Shown in pieces: positions 15,553 to 24,000 of a stretch of 24,000 nucleotides of DNA; the stretch's first letter is position 1, and every line of letters starts with the position of its first letter. The stretch comes from Acinetobacter lwoffii. Lineage in GTDB: Bacteria; Pseudomonadota; Gammaproteobacteria; Pseudomonadales; Moraxellaceae. The notes under the pieces were generated by a model. The model ran no database searches. It was not told the origin of the DNA and worked only from the letters and a program-made list of their open reading frames with translations. The stretch covers positions 357,702-381,701 of the forward strand of contig NZ_CP059081.1 in NCBI RefSeq assembly GCF_015602705.1. Direction: 5' to 3'. The position numbers and the translations under genes were made by a program.

Positions 15553-18500
15553 ATGAAAACTAAATATCAAATAATGGCCTTATCTCCTGTTCTACTTTTC
15601 GGCTGTATGAATGGGAGTTATGCCAGCGATTTAAGTATTTATCAAGGAAATAGTTCTGGTAAGACCAGTATTTTTATGATGCTAGATACCTCAGGAAGTA
15701 TGGGGTGGGGTGCTGGATACGGTGGCTCGAGTATGAGTTTGCAGGATGATTACAATATATGTGTTGTAGATCGTAATGGAAACGGAGGTAGTAAAGCAGT
15801 TTCTAATGAAGATTCAGGTACTTCGCCAGTATATAAAAAATATTATTGTACAATAAGTAATACTGACTATAATAAATTAGCAAATACAGATACATATAAG
15901 AAACGCATTCAAAATGATTGCGTTAAAATAGATACAGGGTATAAATGTTATGACCGTTTAACACGTTTAAAAGATGCCATGTTTACTTTGCTAAATAGTC
16001 GAGCATTATCTGGAATTAAATTGGGGGCAGGTTATTATTCATACGAAGGTAAAGGGCAAAAAGGTATTGTTTCTATACCGGCAAAAGCGATGAGTGATCC
16101 TACTCATGTTACAGATTTAAAAAATTTTGTTGCCGGTTTAAAAGCAACTGGGGGTACGCCAACGGCTGCCGCGTATGCAGAAGCTGGCGCTTATATGATG
16201 GGTACTAAGACTAGTGGGACTACTACAGAAAATATACCTATATATAAAGATAAGTATGCTTATTCTCCTGTACTCGGCTGGTTGGAGTGTACAAAATGGG
16301 GAGCTTCTACTCTTATTAGTGAAAATGGATATGCTTATAAAAAGTGTAATTCAGGTGGATTGGGAGCACTAATTTCAGAGTTTGCAGGAAATGGTTGGCA
16401 AAATACTACTAATCAAACTCAGCAAAATTTGTTAAATCAAGGTCATATCATAACTCGCTATAGTGGTTTTTTTGATTCAGCAGTTTATGCAGAGATAACA
16501 GATCAACAACATCCCATTACTAATGGAACGGATTCAGTCTATAGTGGTTATTCAAATATCGGTAAATATATTTCAGGCTCAGGAAATTATTCTAATACGA
16601 CAGCGCATACCACTTATTCTACTCTTACAGATATTGAAAATGATTCAAACTATATAAGCCCTGCTGTCGCTAATTCAACTTGTAGTGGCAATGGGATTTA
16701 TTTCCTTACCGATGGTTATCCAAATGGTACAGAACCCAAAGCTATCAGAAATTTAATGCATCTAACACTCAAAAAGAGTGATGGTACTAATGCTATAAGT
16801 ATGGCAAACAATTGTAGTTCCAGTCTTTCATCAACTGGGTCATCGGATCGAAATAATTCAGCTTGGGAATGTATTGGTGAGTACTCAAAAGCACTCATGA
16901 ATAAAAGTAATCCGCAAGGAGTGCAAATTCAAACTGCTGTGATCGGCTTCGGGAGTTCTTTTGCCGATATCTCGAAAAATGCAGATGGGACTTATAATTG
17001 TAATGCATCGGGGCTTTCCAAAGATATTCAAAACTCCTGTTTATGGGGAACTTCTGATTATGGGACTGGCGGTTTTTATCAGGCATCAAATTCAGAAGAT
17101 ATTATTAGTAGTATGACGCAATTCCTAAGCGGGTTGCAGGTAGAGTTTAAACCATCTAACCTTGGAGTCATAAGTATACCTAAAGACCCTCTTGATCAAA
17201 CGAAGGCCATGAATACTGGTTTCTTCCCGATGTTGCAACCACTACAGGATCCTACCCGTGTAACTTGGTTAGGAAACCTGAAAAAATATTATGTTTATAA
17301 TGGAACATTGAGTGACAGTGCGACTGGTGGTAATACACTTTACACTTCTTCTCAAGAAATTAATCCTTTAGCAAAAGACCTATGGTCAAATACGGCAGGT
17401 GATAATAGTCCAATAAATATAGGTGGGGCATGGAATAAAATCCCTGTTCCATCCTCGCGTTTGGTAGCTAATGATGCAATAAGTAATATAAATAGCAACC
17501 GTAATGTCTATGTGTTATCAAATGGGAATATCAAGAAAGTTACTAAAGATAACCTTGCTGAGGATATTCCTAATAATGACAAGATAGGAACCCCAAGCGA
17601 TTTCTCTGCAGATGTTCGTAAAGCCTTACTTAAGTATCTAGGATATCAGGCTGAACCAGTAAATTTAAATAAAGCAACCTTGAACGCTATAGCACATCCT
17701 ACAGATCCTTATCGCTTCTTAGGAGGGGTTGTACATTCAAAACCATTAGTTGTCACTAAGTCATCAGATATCAATATTTTAAATAATAAAGTAACTAGTA
17801 GGGATGAATATGTAATTTATGGTTCAATTGAAGGTGGTTTACATATTGTTGATGCTATCAGTGGTAAGGAACAATCCGTCTTTATACCCAAAGAAATATT
17901 AGTAAATCAGCCTGAAACATTAGCTAGTGAAAATGCAATATCTGCAAATGGTATTAAATATGGCGTGGATGCTCCTTGGACAGCTGATAATACCTTTAAG
18001 GTTACTACTGTAACTAGTGGGGCAGTAACTACTGCGAAATATGAAGCAGATAAAATGAATATTTATGGTGGATTACGAATGGGTGGAGAGGCTCTCTATG
18101 GGCTGAATATAAGTACACCTTCTGCACCATCTTTATTATTTCATAATACTCCGGCTACACCAGGTTTTTCGCGTATGGCACAAATCTGGTCTAAACCTAC
18201 AATTGCCAATGTACGGGTTAAAGGGGAGAAGAAAAGAGTATTAATTTTTGGTGGAGGATATGATCAGTCTATCTATGAGAAACCTGCAAGTAGTTATGTT
18301 GAACCTACCACCTCTACGAGAGGGAACGCATTATATATTGTAGATGCAAGCAATGGTTCTTTACTCTGGATGACAAGTGCAGATACTTCAGACATTACTC
18401 AAAGTCATAAATATACACAGAATTCTGATATTCGTTATAGTGTTGTGGGTCAACCTACTGTATTGGACTATGATGCAGATGGTTTAACTGATGTTATCTA

Positions 18501-19356
18501 TTTTGCAGATTTAGGTGGGCAAATATTCAGAGTCGATTTAAATAATGCGAACCAAATCTCTACAAATGTAGATAGCAATTTAGCAGTTCGTGTTCAGACT
18601 ATTGCAAACCTACAGACAGGAAGAGGTTCCACACTATTTGTTCCTCGTTTCTATGAGCGTTTGTCTGTGGCTGTATTTGATGAAGGGCAAGAGCGATTTG
18701 TATTGTTGACAGCAGGATCAGGTAATCGAAGTTTCCCACTTGAAGAAGAGAAAGCAAAAAATAAGGTTTACGGTATTATCGACCGAGATGTAGTTAGCAA
18801 TACTTTAGCAACTAATTATACCCCTTCTGCAATTATTCAATATGGTGATTTAGCTAAATCAGGTGTACTTGGGAAAACTGCTACCGCACAGATTAGCTCA
18901 GCTAATATTACAAGTATCAAAAATAAAATGTTAAAGGGGTGGGCATTTGAATTGAGATCTACCGACTCCGGTAACTATGCAAGAGCATATGAGGAGTTGG
19001 ATCTTAAAGGCGGTGATCTATATGTTTCTTTGTATGATCCAAAAGCTACTGCTACTGGGGAAGTAGCAAATAGTTGTACTGGTGGAGTAAGAGGTCTTTC
19101 AACGATTTATCGTATATGTATGCCTTATGGAGAGTGTGCTGCTTATTTGAAAAAAGATTATCTAGGAATTGTAGGCCCAAATTTTGGTCCTACTTCTAAT
19201 GATCCCCGAAAACAAATATTAGTAAATCCTAATCCTGAAACTAAGGAGATGTGTGTGGGTAATTGTAATAATAACAATACAGTGCCTACTGAGCAAAAGA
19301 CTTATACCTATAGTCAATATAGAAAAATTAAACCTGTACGTTGGTTTGAATGGTGA
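15553..19356 (+). CDS. pilY1: PilY1/PilC-family pilus tip adhesin (ComC-like), with an N-terminal vWA domain and a C-terminal beta-propeller
   Basis: A 1267-aa protein with a signal peptide. It has the vWA MIDAS elements DTSGS (15685-15699), GGTPT and FLTDG, and the PilY1 C-domain start GGVVHSKPLVV. It also has the Ca-site-like DYDADGLTD (18466-18492, aa 972-980), matching the DxDxDGxxD motif described for P. aeruginosa PilY1. Confidence 0.9.
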   Translation: MKTKYQIMALSPVLLFGCMNGSYASDLSIYQGNSSGKTSIFMMLDTSGSMGWGAGYGGSSMSLQDDYNICVVDRNGNGGSKAVSNEDSGTSPVYKKYYCTISNTDYNKLANTDTYKKRIQNDCVKIDTGYKCYDRLTRLKDAMFTLLNSRALSGIKLGAGYYSYEGKGQKGIVSIPAKAMSDPTHVTDLKNFVAGLKATGGTPTAAAYAEAGAYMMGTKTSGTTTENIPIYKDKYAYSPVLGWLECTKWGASTLISENGYAYKKCNSGGLGALISEFAGNGWQNTTNQTQQNLLNQGHIITRYSGFFDSAVYAEITDQQHPITNGTDSVYSGYSNIGKYISGSGNYSNTTAHTTYSTLTDIENDSNYISPAVANSTCSGNGIYFLTDGYPNGTEPKAIRNLMHLTLKKSDGTNAISMANNCSSSLSSTGSSDRNNSAWECIGEYSKALMNKSNPQGVQIQTAVIGFGSSFADISKNADGTYNCNASGLSKDIQNSCLWGTSDYGTGGFYQASNSEDIISSMTQFLSGLQVEFKPSNLGVISIPKDPLDQTKAMNTGFFPMLQPLQDPTRVTWLGNLKKYYVYNGTLSDSATGGNTLYTSSQEINPLAKDLWSNTAGDNSPINIGGAWNKIPVPSSRLVANDAISNINSNRNVYVLSNGNIKKVTKDNLAEDIPNNDKIGTPSDFSADVRKALLKYLGYQAEPVNLNKATLNAIAHPTDPYRFLGGVVHSKPLVVTKSSDINILNNKVTSRDEYVIYGSIEGGLHIVDAISGKEQSVFIPKEILVNQPETLASENAISANGIKYGVDAPWTADNTFKVTTVTSGAVTTAKYEADKMNIYGGLRMGGEALYGLNISTPSAPSLLFHNTPATPGFSRMAQIWSKPTIANVRVKGEKKRVLIFGGGYDQSIYEKPASSYVEPTTSTRGNALYIVDASNGSLLWMTSADTSDITQSHKYTQNSDIRYSVVGQPTVLDYDADGLTDVIYFADLGGQIFRVDLNNANQISTNVDSNLAVRVQTIANLQTGRGSTLFVPRFYERLSVAVFDEGQERFVLLTAGSGNRSFPLEEEKAKNKVYGIIDRDVVSNTLATNYTPSAIIQYGDLAKSGVLGKTATAQISSANITSIKNKMLKGWAFELRSTDSGNYARAYEELDLKGGDLYVSLYDPKATATGEVANSCTGGVRGLSTIYRICMPYGECAAYLKKDYLGIVGPNFGPTSNDPRKQILVNPNPETKEMCVGNCNNNNTVPTEQKTYTYSQYRKIKPVRWFEW

Positions 19357-19367
19357 GGAAGATAACG

Positions 19368-19871
19368 ATGATCAAACCTCAAATTAAAAATACAGGTTTT
19401 ACTTTAATTGAGTTGATGATTGTAGTAGTGATTGTTGCAGTTTTTGCAGCAATCGCTATTCCAAGCTATGAAATTTACATCGCGAGAGCGAATAAATCAA
19501 AGGCACAGTCAGAAATGCTTAAAATTGCTGAGCGTTTAGAAAATTACAAAGGAAAGCAATTAAGTTATGCTGGTTATATTCCGGAGCATCAAACCTCAAC
19601 AAAAGGAGAGGTCAATATTCCATATGATTCTGCAAGTAACTACAACTATCAAATCAAGATTGTTGATATTAACGATTCAACTAAGGCCTTAGAAGACTCT
19701 ACAATTGGGCAGGGCTGGAAAATGATTGCTATTCCCAATCAAACTAGAGGTAGTGCGCTTAGAAATTCTGAATATCTTTTATTGGATTCTAGAGGAATAA
19801 AGTGTATGACTAAAGATTCGTTGGGTATTACTAGTACGAATTGTGGTGCAAATACCAAGGAATGGAAATAA
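19368..19871 (+). CDS. pilE: PilE-like minor pilin (ComE-type)
   Basis: MIKPQIKNTG|FTLIELMIVVVIVAVFAAIAIPSY is a prepilin leader. ATG 19368, with GAGGA upstream, is preferred over the listed 19350, which overlaps the pilY1 stop. Confidence 0.8.
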   Translation: MIKPQIKNTGFTLIELMIVVVIVAVFAAIAIPSYEIYIARANKSKAQSEMLKIAERLENYKGKQLSYAGYIPEHQTSTKGEVNIPYDSASNYNYQIKIVDINDSTKALEDSTIGQGWKMIAIPNQTRGSALRNSEYLLLDSRGIKCMTKDSLGITSTNCGANTKEWK

Positions 19872-19873
19872 TA

Positions 19874-20335
19874 ATGAGTAAGATTAAGGGCTTTACACTT
19901 ATTGAAGTTATGATTGTTGTGGCAGTTTTAGCTATTCTGGCTTCTGTGGCTTATCCATCTTATCAAAGTTATGTAAAACAAAAAAATCGTATGGAAACTC
20001 AAAGTACGATGATGGAAATAGCACAAAAACTACAATCTTATAAATTAGCAAATGGAGATTATGGAAAAAATAATACAACTCTGGGTTATGCAGCTAATCC
20101 ACTTACTAATCCTGAGGTGTATGGCAAAACAGTTTCACCTAGAACTGGATCGGCTTATTATAATTTAACTATAACAAATGCTCCTGATTCATCATGGACA
20201 TTAACAGCTACTCCTATAACCACAGGTATTCAAAAAAATGATGGTGCATTAACCCTGACTCATAGTGGTACCCAATGTTGGTACAAGAGCAAAGATGATG
20301 CAACAGGGTTATGTTTAGGATGGACAGACAAGTAA
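19874..20335 (+). CDS. Second PilE-like minor pilin (ComF-type)
   Basis: MSKIKG|FTLIEVMIVVAVLAILASVAYPSYQSY is a prepilin leader. ATG 19874 lies 2 nt after the previous stop, and the listed 19841 start is an upstream extension. Confidence 0.8.
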   Translation: MSKIKGFTLIEVMIVVAVLAILASVAYPSYQSYVKQKNRMETQSTMMEIAQKLQSYKLANGDYGKNNTTLGYAANPLTNPEVYGKTVSPRTGSAYYNLTITNAPDSSWTLTATPITTGIQKNDGALTLTHSGTQCWYKSKDDATGLCLGWTDK

Positions 20336-20473
20336 ATTCAAAATTGTAGCCAAACACTTTTTGATCTTTCATTCAGGGCAAAGTTCAAGTAAAATACTGC
20401 CCTCTATGAAAGGGGTTTGAGCTGTATCGATGGTCGGTACAAGGATAATCCGTAAAAACTATAAGGTTCTATC

Positions 20474-20731
20474 ATGGTTGTTATTCGTCTTGCACGCGGT
20501 GGTGCTAAAAAACGTCCGTTCTATCAAATCATTGTGACTGATAGCCGTAATGCACGTGACGGTCGTTTCATCGAACGTATCGGTTTCTTCAACCCTACAG
20601 CTCAAGGTAAAGCAGAGAAACTTCGTTTAGATGCTGAACGTTTTGCTCACTGGGTTTCTCAAGGTGCTCAACCTTCTGATCGTGTTGCTTCTTTAGCTGC
20701 TCAAGCTAAAAAAGCTGCAGTTGCTGCATAA
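20474..20731 (+). CDS. rpsP: 30S ribosomal protein S16
   Basis: [41 protein letters not shown] is canonical S16. Confidence 0.97.
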   Translation: MVVIRLARGGAKKRPFYQIIVTDSRNARDGRFIERIGFFNPTAQGKAEKLRLDAERFAHWVSQGAQPSDRVASLAAQAKKAAVAA

Positions 20732-20761
20732 TTTTTCTATAAATTAGGTAGTAGCTTGCCC

Positions 20762-21310
20762 ATGACACCAACACAGAATGTTCCCGAAGATCGTATTCAG
20801 ATTGGACAGTTGCGTTCAGCATATGGATTAAATGGGTGGCTCTGGGTCTATTCCAATACAGAACCTATGAGCAACATATTTGACTATCTGCCTTGGTACA
20901 TTGAGACCAAAGCAGGTTGGCAAATTGTCGATGTAAAACGTTGGAAACCACATGGTAAAGGCCTGGTTGTTTCGCTGAAAGGTGTGAGTGATCGCACTGG
21001 TGCAGACGAACTGGTTGGCTCCAATGTCTGGATCTCTAAATCGCAACTGCCTCAAGCAGGCGTAGATGAGTACTATTGGTCTGATTTAAAAGGTCTAACT
21101 GTGTTAGGTCTGGACGATGAAGAGCAAGAAGTCAATCTCGGTCAAATTTTTGAGCTGTTTGAGACAGGTGCTAACGATGTGATGGTGGTTCGCGCAACTG
21201 CCGACAGCATCGATGGCGAAGAGCGAATGATCCCATGGCATAAAGATGTGGTGCAACGCGTTGATCTTGAAGCTGGTCGTATCTACGTCAATTGGGGCGT
21301 AGACTACTAA
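20762..21310 (+). CDS. rimM: Ribosome maturation factor RimM
   Basis: [24 protein letters not shown] matches the RimM N-terminal motif, and the gene sits between rpsP and trmD. ATG 20762 is preferred over the listed TTG 20756. Confidence 0.92.
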   Translation: MTPTQNVPEDRIQIGQLRSAYGLNGWLWVYSNTEPMSNIFDYLPWYIETKAGWQIVDVKRWKPHGKGLVVSLKGVSDRTGADELVGSNVWISKSQLPQAGVDEYYWSDLKGLTVLGLDDEEQEVNLGQIFELFETGANDVMVVRATADSIDGEERMIPWHKDVVQRVDLEAGRIYVNWGVDY

Positions 21311-21338
21311 GAATTTTTCGGAAATACGGGAGTCTGCG

Positions 21339-22073
21339 ATGTTTTTTGCAGTCATTACGCTTTTTCCTGAAATGTTTGAAGCGATTACAGCCTATGGGAT
21401 TAGCGGGCGCGCAGCAAAACGTGAGTTGATGCAAATTCATTGCATCAATCCTCGCGATTATGCGACGGGCAACTATAAACGCGTGGATGAACGTCCATTC
21501 GGTGGTGGTCCGGGTATGGTGATGATGGCTGAGCCTCTGGCAAAAGCAATCCAGCATGCCAAAGAGCTTGCAAGGCAAGCGGGTGCAGTTCAGGTTCCTG
21601 TGGTGTATATGTCACCGCAAGGAAAAACCTTAAACGAAACTGCGGTACAGGATTTTGTCAAATATGACGGAATCATCGTACTGTGCGGACGTTATGAAGG
21701 CGTCGATGAACGTTTGATCCAGCAATACGTTGATCAGGAATGGTCAATTGGAGATTACGTCTTGTCGGGTGGTGAACTGCCTGCGATGGTTTTATTGGAC
21801 AGTATTATCCGGAGACTTCCGGGTGCCATGTCTGATGAACAGTCACACGTGCAAGACTCATTTGTGGATGGTCTTCTAGATTGCCCACAATATACCAAGC
21901 CAGATCATTTTGAAGGTTTGGATGTGCCTGAGGTGTTAAAGTCCGGGCATCATGCCAATATTGAAAAATGGCGGTTTTTGCAGCGATATCAGCGTACACT
22001 TGAACGCCGCCCAGAGTTGGTGGAAAAAGTCGAGCTGACCAAGCAGCAGAAAAAATGGCTAAAAGATTTGTAA
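21339..22073 (+). CDS. trmD: tRNA (guanine37-N1)-methyltransferase TrmD
   Basis: [13 protein letters not shown]...[13 protein letters not shown]...[11 protein letters not shown]...[16 protein letters not shown] are TrmD signatures. Confidence 0.95.
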   Translation: MFFAVITLFPEMFEAITAYGISGRAAKRELMQIHCINPRDYATGNYKRVDERPFGGGPGMVMMAEPLAKAIQHAKELARQAGAVQVPVVYMSPQGKTLNETAVQDFVKYDGIIVLCGRYEGVDERLIQQYVDQEWSIGDYVLSGGELPAMVLLDSIIRRLPGAMSDEQSHVQDSFVDGLLDCPQYTKPDHFEGLDVPEVLKSGHHANIEKWRFLQRYQRTLERRPELVEKVELTKQQKKWLKDL

Positions 22074-22258
22074 GATATTGATGAGTAATCATTTCTATCT
22101 TCAAGCAAGTACTTAAAATTATTTAAGTATTCTTTAATAGGCTCTTTATGGTTGAGATGGTCAACTATAAAGGGAAAGATAATCGGGTGTATGCGCTTTA
22201 GCCTCTATACCCAGCGATGATCAGACCTCTTCTGACTCGCACATATTGGAGATACCCC

Positions 22259-22633
22259 ATGAGCGGTAAGCATCCTTTAGTTCAAGTAATTGAAAACGCA
22301 CAATTGAAACAAAACATCCCTGCTTTTGCACCAGGTGATACAGTTATTGTTCAAGTTAAAGTAAAAGAAGGCGACCGTGAGCGTTTACAGGCGTTCGAAG
22401 GCGTTGTAATTGCTAAGAAAAACCGTGGTTTGAACTCTGCGTTCACAGTACGTAAAATTTCTAGCGGTGTTGGCGTTGAGCGTGTATTCCAAACTCACTC
22501 TCCAATCGTTGCTGGTATCGAAGTGAAACGTCGTGGTGACGTTCGTCGTGCTAAACTTTACTACCTACGTGAATTGTCTGGTAAAGCTGCACGTATTCGT
22601 GAAAAATTACCAGCTCGTAAAACTAAAGCTTAA
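22259..22633 (+). CDS. rplS: 50S ribosomal protein L19
   Basis: The sequence [13 protein letters not shown]...[37 protein letters not shown] is L19. ATG 22259 has GGAG 7 nt upstream, and the listed 22217 start adds a non-homologous extension. Confidence 0.95.
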   Translation: MSGKHPLVQVIENAQLKQNIPAFAPGDTVIVQVKVKEGDRERLQAFEGVVIAKKNRGLNSAFTVRKISSGVGVERVFQTHSPIVAGIEVKRRGDVRRAKLYYLRELSGKAARIREKLPARKTKA

Positions 22634-22656
22634 TTTTAAGCTTTATACGAGTAAAA

Positions 22657-22682
22657 AAATGCGCCTTTGGGCGCATTTTTTA
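22657..22682. terminator. Bidirectional intrinsic terminator between convergent rplS and the lipase gene
   Basis: AAATGCGCC-tttg-GGCGCATTT has its stem at 22657-22665/22670-22678, flanked by an A-run and a T-run. Confidence 0.88.
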
Positions 22683-22704
22683 TATCTGGCTATTTTTATA
22701 AAAA

Positions 22705-23685
22705 TCATAAACTTTGTAGTTTTAAACGGTTGGCATGTTGACGATAGGCAGCAACCGGATCAGGTGCAAAGGTACCTTTGATGCCAAATAACAAGTTGAT
22801 TTCATCCAGATGATTCCATTGAAAATCATCACGAATCGTTTTACCAAATTTGGCACTACATACCGACACGATTCCATCGTTCGCGCCAGCCTTACTTGCA
22901 GAAAGTAGATCCAAGGCTTTCATGGCTGCATCACTGACATCTAGGGGATTAGTCACGGGTTGATTGCCCGTCATTGAATACAGTGCAATGCCTTGGTCTG
23001 TATATTTGCCTTCACCACATGGGCTCAGCGAAAGCCCGAGTTTAAAGCGTTGGTTAAATTCGGCTGTGCCTTCAATCGACGTGCTGTGTCCTGCTGCCAG
23101 AGTATTATGTGGGAAAGCTTGACTGTCTAAGCCTTGTGCCCACATGATGACGTTGCCAAAACTGCTGATCAGGGTATTGAGCAGTTCAGATGTTCCGGTT
23201 TGATTAGCAAGTCGCATGACATCAGAGGCGACAATGGTGCCTTGGTTGGCACCCCCCACAGTCATCACGGAGGCTACATGTTGCGGTATCACCCCGGCTG
23301 CATAACGCACGCTATGCGCACCATGACTATGACCAATTAAATTCAGTTTTTTGGCGCCGGTGATTGCCATGACTTCTTTCAGTTGCTCCACATATTGTTC
23401 ACCTCTGATTTCGCTGGAATTGAAAGGTGAGATGCGGGTGGCAAAGGCAGTTGAACCGTTACGGGCTAAATCTGGCAAAATTTGATACCAATAATCCATG
23501 CCTAAGGCATCAAAACCAATTCGATTAAAGCCGACCATGCCATGTGCAAATACAATCGGGTATTGTGTTTTTGCATAATTGGACACGACAAATCTGGATT
23601 CTGCTTGCTGCAAATTGGAAGCCTGCACATATTGGCCCGCAAATAATACGCAGCATAAGGTTATAAAATGCGTTCTAATTTTCAT
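22705..23685 (-). CDS. Secreted triacylglycerol lipase, bacterial family I (alpha/beta hydrolase)
   Basis: It has a signal peptide MKIRTHFITLCCVLFAGQYVQA|S. YPIVFAHG forms the oxyanion region and GHSHG the nucleophile elbow, with NDGIVS (Asp) and WNHLDEIN (His) completing the triad. A Cys pair (SPCGEG / VCSAKFG) resembles that of Pseudomonas LipA. ATG 23685 is preferred over the listed 23730. Confidence 0.88.
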   Translation of the reverse strand: MKIRTHFITLCCVLFAGQYVQASNLQQAESRFVVSNYAKTQYPIVFAHGMVGFNRIGFDALGMDYWYQILPDLARNGSTAFATRISPFNSSEIRGEQYVEQLKEVMAITGAKKLNLIGHSHGAHSVRYAAGVIPQHVASVMTVGGANQGTIVASDVMRLANQTGTSELLNTLISSFGNVIMWAQGLDSQAFPHNTLAAGHSTSIEGTAEFNQRFKLGLSLSPCGEGKYTDQGIALYSMTGNQPVTNPLDVSDAAMKALDLLSASKAGANDGIVSVCSAKFGKTIRDDFQWNHLDEINLLFGIKGTFAPDPVAAYRQHANRLKLQSL

Positions 23686-23710
23686 AAAGTTCCATTTTGG
23701 CGGTTTAAAA

Positions 23711-23744
23711 ATTAGAAAATCCCTGTGCATTGGGATGACAGGGA
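23711..23744 (-). terminator. Intrinsic terminator between the two lipase paralogues
   Basis: The minus strand reads TCCCTGT-catcccaatgc-ACAGGGA followed by TTTTCTAATTTTT. The stem is 23720-23726/23738-23744, 11 nt after the upstream lipase stop. Confidence 0.6.
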
Positions 23745-23754
23745 TGAGATTGAA

Positions 23755-24000
23755 TTACAGGCCTTGCAATTTGAGCCGGTTGGCATGCTGGCGATAAACA
23801 TCGACTGGGTCTGGAGCAAAGATATTTTTTAATCCGAGGAACTGGTTCACTTCATCCAGATGGTTCCAGTTGTAGTTATCCCGAATGGTTTTACCGAATT
23901 TGGCACTACAGCGGGAGACCAGACCATCATTTTCCTTGCCGCCATCAATGAGTAGAGCTGTAACTGTCAAGGCTGAATCAGGATCGAGCGGATTGGTGAC
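23755..24000 (-). CDS. Second family-I lipase paralogue, C-terminal part; the 5' end lies outside the window
   Basis: The minus-strand frame stays open to nt 24000 (VTNPLDPDSALTVTALLIDGGKENDGLVSRCSAKFGKTIRDNYNWNHLDEVN...RLKLQGL). By hand alignment, 43 of the last 58 residues are identical to the adjacent lipase, including the catalytic Asp and His motifs. Confidence 0.8.
   Translation of the reverse strand, partial: VTNPLDPDSALTVTALLIDGGKENDGLVSRCSAKFGKTIRDNYNWNHLDEVNQFLGLKNIFAPDPVDVYRQHANRLKLQGL

Noticed and set aside
15553-15624. Possible lipobox (LLFGC) in the PilY1 signal peptide
   Set aside because: Phe at position -2 is atypical for a lipobox, and an SPase I site (SYA|SD) follows. PilY1 proteins are not known lipoproteins. 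It is left as a standard signal peptide.
20375-20403. AGGGCA-N17-TGCCCT stem upstream of rpsP as a terminator or regulatory RNA
   Set aside because: It has a short stem, a very large loop and no T-run. I also could not identify a convincing -35/-10 pair here.
1-24000. Search for CRISPR arrays, tRNA, rRNA or tmRNA genes, defence-system-like gene clusters and toxin-antitoxin pairs
   Set aside because: I saw no regularly spaced direct repeats and no cloverleaf-like or rRNA-like segments. Every ORF over about 100 aa outside known genes is antisense to a well-supported gene. Intergenic spaces are short and explained by terminators or promoters.

Overview
The window reads as a mostly core chromosomal segment of an Acinetobacter-type gammaproteobacterium; the taxon is inferred from remembered synteny and AT-rich codon usage, not from a search. 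Left to right: (1) the 3' end of a TPM-domain gene. (2) A type IV pilin locus with a sigma54-type promoter: pilA, a TfpO-like pilin O-oligosaccharyltransferase (OTase), a TfpX/Y/Z-like accessory protein, then a second PglL-like OTase. (3) bfr and bfd on the minus strand, separated by a tnpA-less IS200/IS605-type element that carries an intact-looking tnpB. (4) ridA-spoT-rpoZ-gmk on the minus strand. (5) ispH. (6) An AT-rich minor-pilin operon, fimU/T-pilV-pilW-pilX-pilY1-pilE-pilE, equivalent to the comB/comC/comE/comF-type competence pilus cluster. (7) rpsP-rimM-trmD-rplS. (8) Two tandem family-I lipase paralogues on the minus strand, the second cut by the window end. Several clear intrinsic terminators and a Fur-box promoter for bfd are visible. 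I found no convincing new multi-gene system such as a defence island, CRISPR array or toxin module. The most unusual items are the composite pilin-glycosylation/accessory cassette, the orphan TnpB splitting bfd from bfr, and a G7 tract inside the very AT-rich tfpO-like gene. All family assignments rest on motif recognition by eye and should be confirmed by HMM or BLAST searches.
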